DNA of 32,000 nucleotides, taken from positions 61,452 to 93,451 of the forward strand of contig NJBF01000010.1 in the NCBI GenBank assembly GCA_003144275.1. The letters are read 5' to 3'. The notes beneath the pieces were generated by a model. It ran no database searches. It was not told the origin of the DNA and was given only the letters and a program-made list of their open reading frames with translations. This DNA comes from Candidatus Heimdallarchaeota archaeon B3_Heim (GTDB taxonomy: Archaea > Asgardarchaeota > Heimdallarchaeia > Hodarchaeales > Hodarchaeaceae). Shown one piece after another: positions 1-8,623 of this stretch (position 1 is its first letter; the number at the start of each line of letters is the position of its first letter). The translations under genes were made by a program, and so were the position numbers.

Positions 1-1
1 A

Positions 2-973
2 GGATCATATTCACAATTAAAAACTGCTTATTGTATCGTCAATGGAATATTGACAAGAAAGAGCGTACCTCCTGGCTTATATCGGATTGGGAATCCACGA
101 AGAAATTCACCAGTTCTGGTAACTGCAAATTACTATTGGACGGTAGATTCTGTATTTAAACTTCTTCACAAGGAGACTATTGATTGCTTTCTATTAATAG
201 TAGATTCAAATGGAATAAATGTGTGGTGTGCTGCAGGGGGAGGCCATTTTACACATACACAAATATTAGACGCAATTAGGTTATTTGATGTCAAAGAAAT
301 GATTGATCATTCTACCATAATATTACCTCAATTATCAGCAACAGGAGTAGATCGAAAGGAATTGTCTAAAGCAGGTTGGAAACCAGTTTTTGGCCCCGTA
401 GATATCAAAAATGTTAATACATTTCTAGAATCATTCACAAAAAAATCTAAAACAGCGATGGTTGAGTTTAACTTAGCATTTAGAACTCTAATGGGAATAC
501 AACATGCGTTCTTTATTAGTTGTGTTCTTTTCCTCCCTTTGTTACTGATTCTTGGTATTTTAGCGGCTATAGAGATTCCATTGACATCTTTTTGGTTTTC
601 TGTTGTATTTCAGCTGTTTATCCTCGGTTGGATTATTAATATGCTATTTATTTGGGGTTACCCAATTTTTAACTTCACATCTTCTTTCTTTAAAAAGGGC
701 CTTTCAGTAGCAATAATCAACTCAATTGTGGTTTTATTTTATCTGATAACTCAGATAAAGATCATATCTTTGTATAGCTTAATTTTCTGGGTCGCTTTGG
801 TTACTGTAGTGAGTTTATTCATAATTCTAGATCTTGCTGGGAACACCCCTTTTACTAATCACTTAGATGTTGAAAGCGATCTGACTCTGTTCATGGTACC
901 GGCATTGATTCTTTGCCTTATTGCGATATTTATTCCGTTGGTTAGTTCAGATATTAAACACTTATTATTTTGA
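2..973 (+). CDS. hgcA: HgcA-like corrinoid protein (CdhD/CFeSP-like corrinoid domain plus C-terminal transmembrane domain); probably 5'-truncated by the window edge
   Basis: Motifs VPPGLY, SPVLVTANY, GINVWCAAGGG (cap helix; Cys codon TGT 227-229), IILPQLSATG, W(K)PVFGPV, then about 5 hydrophobic helices and a GNTPFT motif like the HgcA GSTxFTS. The frame is open from position 2 (GSYSQLKTAYCIVNGI-) into the ORF-track TTG at 50, so the true start is probably upstream of the window. Confidence 0.8.
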   Translation, partial: GSYSQLKTAYCIVNGILTRKSVPPGLYRIGNPRRNSPVLVTANYYWTVDSVFKLLHKETIDCFLLIVDSNGINVWCAAGGGHFTHTQILDAIRLFDVKEMIDHSTIILPQLSATGVDRKELSKAGWKPVFGPVDIKNVNTFLESFTKKSKTAMVEFNLAFRTLMGIQHAFFISCVLFLPLLLILGILAAIEIPLTSFWFSVVFQLFILGWIINMLFIWGYPIFNFTSSFFKKGLSVAIINSIVVLFYLITQIKIISLYSLIFWVALVTVVSLFIILDLAGNTPFTNHLDVESDLTLFMVPALILCLIAIFIPLVSSDIKHLLF

Positions 974-985
974 AATGTGATAGAG

Positions 986-1252
986 ATGGTAGCTGTTATA
1001 TTTATTGAGAGGTGTAATGGATGTGCTTGGTGTCTAGATGTCTGTCCACATCAAATAATAATTTTAACTAATGATAAAAAGGCTGAGATCGTTAATGAAG
1101 AACGATGTATAGAATGTGGGGCATGTGCATTACAATGTCCAAGAGATGCAATACTAGCTCATCCACTTGGATGTGGTTGTGTTTCTAGTGTGGTACGGAA
1201 GAAGGTTCGTAAATTGCTACATCTACCTGAGAAGTCCAAGCAGTGCTGTTAG
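986..1252 (+). CDS. hgcB: HgcB-like 2x[4Fe-4S] ferredoxin
   Basis: CNGCAWCLDVCP and CIECGACALQCP cluster motifs, an extra GCGC, and a terminal CC. It lies 12 bp after the hgcA-like stop. ATG 986 is preferred over the ORF-track GTG 977. Confidence 0.8.
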   Translation: MVAVIFIERCNGCAWCLDVCPHQIIILTNDKKAEIVNEERCIECGACALQCPRDAILAHPLGCGCVSSVVRKKVRKLLHLPEKSKQCC

Positions 1253-1327
1253 TGTTTCGAATTATCAAGCTTTAAATTCGTAATTCTAATGAAATTCTTC
1301 TTAAAAAACTAAATTCTCTTAATAATC

Positions 1328-1864
1328 ATGCTGCGTAGCGAATTTCCTTTCAAAATTTCAGTAGTAAGTTCCCCTGATAAACTAGCAGAGTCTATGTTGC
1401 AAAACTACAGAGAATTAAAACCTAGCGATGATACATCGCCTCCTAGTTATGAGATAAAGATGGATGTCAGCGGCATTTCCGTTCGTCTCCATATTAAGCA
1501 AATCCAGTTAGGAAACAAAATTCCGACCTCTCGTATGAAAGAATTTCAAGGATCCATAGGAATGATATATATTTTTGAAAATAAAGATTTAACTTTGTTC
1601 AATGAAGTTAAAACTGATTATTATACCTTCGAACATCTTTATAAGACTGTGAATATACAACCTGTATTTCTAGGGGTGGGAAATAAACAAGATTCAAACG
1701 TAATGAAACACATCCACCAGACACTAAAAGAAATGAATCATAAGCTAGATGAGCTTGAACAGAACAGAAATAATTCTTTCACTCAACTTATTCGATCTGT
1801 TATCATTAAGTCTAAATCTTTTCAATCTACAACTCAAGGATCGTGTGATATTAATTTAGAATAA
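1328..1864 (+). CDS. Degenerate Rab/Ras-like small GTPase (pseudo-GTPase)
   Basis: Small-GTPase scaffold: FKISVV (beta1), DVSGISVRLHI (beta2/3), FQGSIGMIYIFE (beta4), VFLGVGNKQD (G4 intact), NNSFTQLIRSVI (alpha5). The P-loop and DxxG motifs are absent. Confidence 0.6.
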   Translation: MLRSEFPFKISVVSSPDKLAESMLQNYRELKPSDDTSPPSYEIKMDVSGISVRLHIKQIQLGNKIPTSRMKEFQGSIGMIYIFENKDLTLFNEVKTDYYTFEHLYKTVNIQPVFLGVGNKQDSNVMKHIHQTLKEMNHKLDELEQNRNNSFTQLIRSVIIKSKSFQSTTQGSCDINLE

Positions 1865-1899
1865 TTATACAGTTAAAATAACGATACGGTAGAGGAATA

Positions 1900-3039
1900 T
1901 CATAAATCTGATAAAAGCCTTCCCCAGACTCTTAATAATTGATTAATTTGCTCTTCCCGTATAAGTTCTGAATCTTCTTCATCATCACCAAAGGAAAACT
2001 TCATTGTTTCTGTTGTTTCACCAATATAAAGATCGAGTAATGCCTCAGCTGAGAATAATCTGAGTTTCGCCTCACTATGTTGTGCAATCTCTTCAATGAT
2101 TAGATCTTTGAGCCCAATGGCGATATCCTTTATTACGGAATAACCTGTTTCAAAGAACTGTTTCTGAAATTTTCGTGTTAGAAGAAGATCAAGCATGAAA
2201 GATTTATCGATTGCCATAAAAAACTCGTTACCATAGATAAAACGGAGTTTCCTTATACTAGAAGTACCAAATACAAGAAATCGAGGCTTAGAGTTAAATA
2301 ATGTTGAAAGTAATCCAATTATTGCCGCAAAATATCCTCCAAGAAGTACATCATCCTCAACATCATAAGAAAAGGGAATATCTCCCCCATCTTGATGAGA
2401 GATTAAACACCAACTCGTTGGAGAAATATAATCAGCTTTTTCTGCCTTTTTTCTTAAATAATAATGAAATAACAAACATTCCTCTAAGGATAGAACTCCA
2501 AAATTTGATCCTGATCTTCCAACAATTACTTCAACTTGGTTATTTTCAATGTAAGATGGATTGATATCAAGGATGATATTTTGGAGCTGCTTGGTTATTT
2601 TTTCTTGATCTTGCTGGTTTGCGTCTTCAATACTCGTGGCATAAAGAATTGATGCTTGACCAACTAGTACAGCGGTCATGATTTCCTTAATATTGAACGG
2701 AATCCCCTCTTTTGCTGAGATTAACATAAGAGTTGTCGCTGGATTACTAATGATGAAATAAAAATGATTATGTAGCGAGACAATAAAAATTTCTGCCGTT
2801 TTTGTTCCTGAGTACTGCGGAAGATCGAAAGTTATACTTGCAATGCCTTCACCAAATAACTCCTCTCCGAATGTGCCAAGACCTTTTAGAAAATCTACAA
2901 CAATTTGTTGAAATTCGTCTCTCGGTTCGCCGAATGTCCACTTTACTTCCTCTCCCTCAACAAAGATTGCCCAGTGTTCATGTTCTGTCATTTGCAATAT
3001 AATCCTTAATTCTGGAAAAGGAGTATCAGGCTTCTCCAA
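1900..3039 (-). CDS. Hypothetical protein with two longin/roadblock-like domains
   Basis: Two beta-beta-alpha-beta-beta-beta-alpha patterns: HWAIFV..VDFLKGLGTFGEELFGEGIASITF..FYFIISN and WCLISHQDGGDIPFSY..VLLGGYFAAIIGLLSTLFNSKPRFLVFG..FFMAID. Fold read by eye. Confidence 0.55.
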   Translation of the reverse strand: MEKPDTPFPELRIILQMTEHEHWAIFVEGEEVKWTFGEPRDEFQQIVVDFLKGLGTFGEELFGEGIASITFDLPQYSGTKTAEIFIVSLHNHFYFIISNPATTLMLISAKEGIPFNIKEIMTAVLVGQASILYATSIEDANQQDQEKITKQLQNIILDINPSYIENNQVEVIVGRSGSNFGVLSLEECLLFHYYLRKKAEKADYISPTSWCLISHQDGGDIPFSYDVEDDVLLGGYFAAIIGLLSTLFNSKPRFLVFGTSSIRKLRFIYGNEFFMAIDKSFMLDLLLTRKFQKQFFETGYSVIKDIAIGLKDLIIEEIAQHSEAKLRLFSAEALLDLYIGETTETMKFSFGDDEEDSELIREEQINQLLRVWGRLLSDL

Positions 3040-3574
3040 GCTTCGCTGTTGAGATCATTAGATTTTCTACATTATTAGGTGTAAAAAAGCCATCAAAATC
3101 TCCAAATCGTTGAATATATTCAACAATATGATTGGTTGTTCCTATTGGCATCGTGAAAATTTGTTTAATTCCTTCTGATTCACTTCCAATTACTCCATCA
3201 GATGTAAATTGCACACCACGAGATTTTTGGATTTCCACAACCTTAACTATGTCTTTCACGAGGTATGCCAGATGATGCACGCGAGAATCATATTTTTGAC
3301 AATATTTCTCTACAATAGAATCTTCATTTAACCCCTCAGAAATGACTATTACAGGCGAAGTGTCATGAAGTTTGATACATGTGGTAATGGCATTCGCTCT
3401 GAGGATTTTAAAGTTCTTAAATTCACGATAGGGTAATAAATTCATCATAGCTCGCATTGTTGGTATTCGTTCTCCCATTTTCACCCTGTAGGCAACATGA
3501 TCCAATTTAACAATCAATTTATTTAATCCTGATTCATTAAAGTTCTCTATTACCTGTTTGAGGTCATTTGACAT
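3026..3574 (-). CDS. VOC/glyoxalase-family metalloprotein, resembling the HPPD C-terminal domain
   Basis: LDHVAYRV, VHHLAYLVKDI, KQIFT and EYIQR..FDGFF.PNN give a His/His/Glu metal-ligand pattern. A purine-rich AGGAAAGG precedes the start. Confidence 0.75.
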   Translation of the reverse strand: MSNDLKQVIENFNESGLNKLIVKLDHVAYRVKMGERIPTMRAMMNLLPYREFKNFKILRANAITTCIKLHDTSPVIVISEGLNEDSIVEKYCQKYDSRVHHLAYLVKDIVKVVEIQKSRGVQFTSDGVIGSESEGIKQIFTMPIGTTNHIVEYIQRFGDFDGFFTPNNVENLMISTAKLGEA

Positions 3575-3752
3575 GATATTTCCTTTCCTAATTCTAAAGC
3601 TTCATTAGAACTTCTGAATAGAAGGTGTTTATATCTTTAATAATAGGTACGATTAACAGTTTATTAATAATTATCTATTTAATAATTTCTGGATATTTTG
3701 ATATAGTGGTTTATTGAAAAATGATAGACTAGTTTATTCACGTGGTTAAACA

Positions 3753-5486
3753 TCAGGAGTCGTTACTAATCCACCAAAGTTTTTCATAGGGTGATTCTTT
3801 GTAGGTGTTATCGATTACCGAGAATTCCGTACCGATAAACTTCATCATTGTTTTTTTGACTTCGTTGGGATTAAACGTTAAAAGAAGATTTGACTCATAC
3901 AATTTCTTGTATAAAAAAGGATCAAGTTGATTTTGGAGTTGATTATAAGGCAGTGGTTTTCCTTCTGCGATAAGAATATTCTTGACAATATCTATTATCC
4001 ATTCTTCCAACTCTTCGCTTGTAATTGGGCGGTAAATCCTTTTTTCTTCTTTTAATGGCTTTTTGAAGATGAAAAAATAGTCCCCTTGCTGAGAGCCCTC
4101 AGGTTGAAATAAACTTTTAGCCGATGCACGAGCTGGAGGATGATAAACTACTCTTTCAAACAAAAAACCTGTTTGAATTACGGATCGGTATAGGATATTA
4201 CGAATTGACAAACTTGGATTATGGAATGTTACCGTACAGTATTTTTCCCGTTTTAATATTGAATATATTTTGTGAAAAGCCTGTCTGAGAAGCTGCTCGT
4301 AAATTGCAAGGTCTTTGTTCTGTCTGGAATTAGCGATTATTTCATTACGTAAGATATCATCATACCCCTCTAGGATGTTTATCCAGGCCCCCCAAAGGTA
4401 TAATAGTTCCCCATACTGAATGGAATGTCCATATGGAGGATCAGTAATAATAAAATCTACTGAATTTTGAGGAATGAGCTCTAATTGAGTGATGTTGGAA
4501 TTTATTAAGAAAAAACTTGGTAGAGTTGCTTCGTGGAGCTCTTCAATACTGTTTACTTCTTTTATATGTTTTATCTTCAGTTTCAAGTCCTTTTTAGCCC
4601 GATATAATCCTTGCTTTCCCATAACTGCACGTTCGAATAATTGCCAAACATTTGATTCCATATAATGGGGGCAGTACCAATAGCTAGGTTGAATCCAAGA
4701 CGAACTAAAGGGGCGGGATGGCCGCACGGGGGTCATCTTTGAGGCTAAGTGAACCAAACTAGAAAAAGCAAAAAGAAATGATTCTCTAAGGTCGGATTCA
4801 CAGATCTTTTTAATCCGATCAAGTAATTTAGCAAGTGCAATCAGGTTTCTATATGTATAAAGATCATCAATGTTGTCATACCGCTCTTTTTTAAGGAAGG
4901 CTTTCCCACCTGAATAATAAAGAGGGTTTTCAGGAAACCAATAGTTCAAGAGCCCTTTAGAATTAAAAAAACTGTCTATGGAATGATTTTGTATTTCATT
5001 ATACCTATCGCGATCAAATGACTGTACCTTTTCTACTTTTTTTCCGTCTTGAGGACAGACATAACGCCTGTCGAATAACTTTGAATCTTGCCAAGAAAAA
5101 CAGGTTGCAGGTATAATATTTCCACATTTTGGACAATTTGTTGAATAAAGATTCGAAATATCATTTTTTACATCCGCTTCTATAGCTCTAAATTCTTTTA
5201 CTATTCTCATATGTGAGATATAGCGCAATGTGTTTCTCGTGACAAATATTGAAACAGGATTAATGTCAATCCCAATAGCTTTTCTTCCTAAATGCAAGGC
5301 TTCTCCAATAGTAACTCCACTTCCACAAAATGGATCTAAAACGATCTCTCCTGAATCATGAGTGTAGTGTTTGATATATTCTTGTATGAGTCGTTCTTGT
5401 TTTCGTCCAAAAAATTTGTGCATTACATACATTGACGAATGACCTTGAGAGGGAACTACTTTCTCAATAGGTGAAGAATTAGTCAT
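3753..5486 (-). CDS. Amino-group (N6-A/N4-C) DNA methyltransferase with Cys-containing insertion; no partner nuclease in the window
   Basis: HKFFGRK; SAM-binding motif I VLDPFCGSG near the N-terminus; CPKC...CP; catalytic motif IV ITDPPY in the C-terminal half. Confidence 0.88.
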   Translation of the reverse strand: MTNSSPIEKVVPSQGHSSMYVMHKFFGRKQERLIQEYIKHYTHDSGEIVLDPFCGSGVTIGEALHLGRKAIGIDINPVSIFVTRNTLRYISHMRIVKEFRAIEADVKNDISNLYSTNCPKCGNIIPATCFSWQDSKLFDRRYVCPQDGKKVEKVQSFDRDRYNEIQNHSIDSFFNSKGLLNYWFPENPLYYSGGKAFLKKERYDNIDDLYTYRNLIALAKLLDRIKKICESDLRESFLFAFSSLVHLASKMTPVRPSRPFSSSWIQPSYWYCPHYMESNVWQLFERAVMGKQGLYRAKKDLKLKIKHIKEVNSIEELHEATLPSFFLINSNITQLELIPQNSVDFIITDPPYGHSIQYGELLYLWGAWINILEGYDDILRNEIIANSRQNKDLAIYEQLLRQAFHKIYSILKREKYCTVTFHNPSLSIRNILYRSVIQTGFLFERVVYHPPARASAKSLFQPEGSQQGDYFFIFKKPLKEEKRIYRPITSEELEEWIIDIVKNILIAEGKPLPYNQLQNQLDPFLYKKLYESNLLLTFNPNEVKKTMMKFIGTEFSVIDNTYKESPYEKLWWISNDS

Positions 5487-5603
5487 TATTACATCCAGCT
5501 TAGAACGAGCTACTTTGAATGTTTCTTTTATTTATCGCTAAGAAGTACCTTACAAAACTTTATAATAAACCAATTAACGATGCTCAAACCAGTTGAGTTA
5601 ATC

Positions 5604-7028
5604 ATGGCTAATATTACAGCTCCTATAAATAAACGTTCAACCCGCGGGAACATATTATTATGGTCTATGTATGATTTGGCCAATACAGTGTTTTCTATGG
5701 GGATAGTTTCCCTAACAGTGATTAAATTTTTTACTTTACTTGGTATGCAGCAAGGATTAAGCTGGAGTGAATCAAATTTCCTTGCTGGATTGGCTGGTTC
5801 AATATCTACGATATTTGTGGCTTTAACAATACCTTTTATGGGAGCTATAAGCGACAAAAGTGGAGAACGAAAAAGCAAAGTTGTCCTTTTAGGGGTTCTT
5901 TGTATACTATCTACAGGAATTGTTTATTTCTTTGTTAATTTTTGGATTGCTTTTTTCCTATTTATCATCGCTAATATTACTTATCAGTGGGGGAACCTAT
6001 TCTATGATGCCATGATTCCTCATATTTGTGCCGAAGATGAAATTGGTAAAGTTTCAGCAACTGGAGTGGCTATTGGATATGTAGGATCATTTATTGCTAT
6101 TGCAATTCTATTTATATTGCCATTTGTCGGAATACTAGATCATACTCCATTACGAGAGGATGGAGTCCCATTAAGCGCTCCAATTGAAGAAGGAGGAATA
6201 CCTATTTCCTTTGACCAGATTGTTTTAGGTGAGTTTCAGTGGATGTGGTTAATTTGCGCACTTGCTTTTCTTATTACAGCAATACCTTTTCTCTGGGTAA
6301 CTGAAAGAACGAAGAAAGAAACTCACTCCACTAGTAGTGTAGTAAAGAGTGCGTTTTCTGAACTAAAAATAACGACCAGAGAAGTAGTTACTTATCGCGA
6401 TATGTTATTTTTCATGATTGGTTGGATTTTAACGGTAGATGTAGTTAATACAATTATTGCATACATGCTACCTGCAGCAGAGGATGCTTGGGGACTCTCA
6501 GGTACAATGCCCCTTATACTAATTTTCGTAGGGGTTATCGGAGCCAGCGTATTGACCTTAGCAATTGGTCCAGTATCTGATAAACAGGGGCCTAAAATGG
6601 CATTCCTTATAGTAGGAGTAGGATACTTATTCACCCTTGTAATAGCGGTTTTAGCTGATACAAATGATCCTAGCTTAGGTGGAGTTTGGCTTGTTTTACT
6701 ATTTATTGCAGCATTAATTATTGGTGGAGCTCAAGGTTCAACTTGGGTCGCCAATAGACAGATGGTAATTGAATTAGCCCCTGAAGATAAAGTGGGACAA
6801 TACTTCGGGTTTAGCAAATTAGTCAGTAAAGGTGGCAGTGCTATAGGTATGTCCATTTTTGCAGCAGTATTATCAATTACTCAGGAGATAACTGGAAGTA
6901 TACCAACTTCGTATCGTGTAGGATTCATCGTTCTTGGTGTAATATATATTATTGGACTGTTTTTCTTAATGTTAGTTAAGGATCATCACAAAGACTATTT
7001 AGCTGGTAAAAGAGCTCCCTTTGACTGA
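5604..7028 (+). CDS. MFS transporter, UMF1/Atg22-like family
   Basis: WSMYDLANTVF signature, GAISDKSGERK loop motif, second-half GPVSDKQG, about 12 TM helices. ATG 5604 is preferred over 5580. Confidence 0.88.
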   Translation: MANITAPINKRSTRGNILLWSMYDLANTVFSMGIVSLTVIKFFTLLGMQQGLSWSESNFLAGLAGSISTIFVALTIPFMGAISDKSGERKSKVVLLGVLCILSTGIVYFFVNFWIAFFLFIIANITYQWGNLFYDAMIPHICAEDEIGKVSATGVAIGYVGSFIAIAILFILPFVGILDHTPLREDGVPLSAPIEEGGIPISFDQIVLGEFQWMWLICALAFLITAIPFLWVTERTKKETHSTSSVVKSAFSELKITTREVVTYRDMLFFMIGWILTVDVVNTIIAYMLPAAEDAWGLSGTMPLILIFVGVIGASVLTLAIGPVSDKQGPKMAFLIVGVGYLFTLVIAVLADTNDPSLGGVWLVLLFIAALIIGGAQGSTWVANRQMVIELAPEDKVGQYFGFSKLVSKGGSAIGMSIFAAVLSITQEITGSIPTSYRVGFIVLGVIYIIGLFFLMLVKDHHKDYLAGKRAPFD

Positions 7029-7057
7029 ATCACTTATGAAAATTGTTTTAGATTCCA

Positions 7058-7699
7058 ATGAAGCAAATAATCCTTTCGGATTTCGATGGAACTATTATCC
7101 TCAAAGATAGTGCTCTATACATTTTAGAACGATATGGTTCTGGAAATTGGAGAAAATATGACGATCAGCTGTTAAAAGGGGAAATTTCTTTAGAGGAGTG
7201 CCTTTCTAAGCAGTTTTCGTCAATAAATGTCACACAAGCTGATATTATACATGTGCTTGATGGAAAGATCGCTTTCAGACCGAATTTTAAAAATTTCGTG
7301 CTTTCTTGTGAAAAATTTCAAATTCCACTGGTTATTGTGTCAGCTGGACTAGATTTTGTTATTGACCATTTTTTAAGTAAAATTGATATCAGCTATCCCA
7401 TTCCAATTATTTCTGGTGTTCCTAAATATAATTTAAAGGGACTTTCGTTTGACTTTCCAAAATTGAAGCACAAATATTCTAAAAATTTTAAAGAAGATCT
7501 TGTGATCCAATATCAAGTGAAAGGTTATTCTGTTATTTACATTGGGGATGGAAGTGGGGATTTTCACGCAGCTAAAAGAGCCGATATTGTATATGCTGTA
7601 AAGGACTCCGCTTTAGCAAGGATCTGCAGTGAGAATGAAATTAGTTTTCACTCATTTCTAGATTTTGCATCAATTATACAATATCTAAGAACACCTTGA
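7058..7699 (+). CDS. MtnX-like HAD-superfamily phosphatase
   Basis: DFDGTI motif I, VIVSAG motif II, K, and YIGDGSGD motif IV. It starts 29 bp after the MFS gene. The substrate cannot be determined from sequence. Confidence 0.8.
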   Translation: MKQIILSDFDGTIILKDSALYILERYGSGNWRKYDDQLLKGEISLEECLSKQFSSINVTQADIIHVLDGKIAFRPNFKNFVLSCEKFQIPLVIVSAGLDFVIDHFLSKIDISYPIPIISGVPKYNLKGLSFDFPKLKHKYSKNFKEDLVIQYQVKGYSVIYIGDGSGDFHAAKRADIVYAVKDSALARICSENEISFHSFLDFASIIQYLRTP

Positions 7700-7798
7700 G
7701 ATCTTATGATCTAAAACAAATTTCATCTTTGTTCCGAATTAGTATTGCTTATTAATTACTAGTAATGAGAATCAGATACAACCAATATTGAGTATGAA

Positions 7799-8536
7799 TT
7801 GAGTGAAAAAATCATGTTAAGAGATAAAGACAAATCATTTCTTAAATACGAAGTGACTGGTGCCCCAGCGTTCGCAGTGGTACGAATTACGATAGATAAT
7901 CCAGGTCAAAAAGTTCGAGCCGAAGGTGGATCCATGGTATACATGGATGGACATGTTAACATGGAAACTAAATCAGCTGGTGGAGTTATGCGTGGTTTGA
8001 AGAGGAAATTTTCTGGCGAATCAATGTTCCAAAACTTTTTTTCGATTCCTGATGGTTCTCCACCAGGAATGGTAGCTTTTGCTCATGGAGCTCCAGGGGA
8101 TATTGTTCACCTTCATTTAGCACAAGGAGAAGAATGGATTCTTAGTCGAGACGCATATATCTGTGGAACAACTAGTGTCGCAGTAACGTCGAAATTTGGA
8201 GGATTCAAGGGAGTTTTGGGTGGTGAAGGTCTAATGCTGACCAAAATCATGGCTGAAGCTGACGGGGATGTGTGGATAGGGGGGTATGGATATGTTGAAC
8301 GACATGAATTAGAACCAGATCAGGAGTTTGTCGTGGATAACGGAGTTATGATGGCATATCAAGCAGGCATGCAACATAAAGTTTCAAAAGTAGGTGGTCG
8401 GAAGAGTTTTATGCTCGGTGGAGAAGGAGTGGTGATTCGTTATACTGGTCCCGGTGTTGTGTATACACAGAATCGTGAGATTGGATTATTAGCTTCCTTA
8501 CTTCTCCCATATCTCCCAGTGGGTCGTAGTAGCTAA
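7799..8536 (+). CDS. AIM24/TIGR00266 (DUF124) family protein
   Basis: RAEGGSMVYM, GESMFQNFF, GGEGL, VVDNG..MAY and GGEGVV..YTGPGVVYTQNR are characteristic of the family. Confidence 0.92.
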   Translation: MSEKIMLRDKDKSFLKYEVTGAPAFAVVRITIDNPGQKVRAEGGSMVYMDGHVNMETKSAGGVMRGLKRKFSGESMFQNFFSIPDGSPPGMVAFAHGAPGDIVHLHLAQGEEWILSRDAYICGTTSVAVTSKFGGFKGVLGGEGLMLTKIMAEADGDVWIGGYGYVERHELEPDQEFVVDNGVMMAYQAGMQHKVSKVGGRKSFMLGGEGVVIRYTGPGVVYTQNREIGLLASLLLPYLPVGRSS

Positions 8537-8623
8537 CTTACCCCTTTATCTCCCTTCATTCCCTTTTTTCTATTTCTAAAAAAGATAAAATCTCCCTTTT
8601 ACATGTTGCAGATGGTGCCCATA

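Noticed and set aside
212-244. Selenocysteine at the HgcA cap-helix position
   Set aside because: The codon is TGT (Cys, 227-229), and neither hgc-like gene has an in-frame TGA.
1835-1864. Prenylation-type signal on the pseudo-GTPase (..GSCDINLE)
   Set aside because: The Cys is six residues from the end, so it is not CaaX, CC or CxC.
3585-3625. TTCTAA/TTAGAA words recurring in intergenic regions (here, near 9960 and near 26760) as a shared regulon motif
   Set aside because: Spacings differ and 6-mers of this composition are expected by chance in AT-rich DNA. It would need a genome-wide enrichment test.
5528-5878. 116-aa minus-strand ORF (also 6392-6634)
   Set aside because: Antisense shadow of the MFS gene with no motif.
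5580-7699. Functional link between the MtnX-like/MFS genes or gcvT-glyA and the hgcAB-like pair through SAM or C1 supply
   Set aside because: They are separated by unrelated genes in mixed orientation; proximity alone is not evidence.
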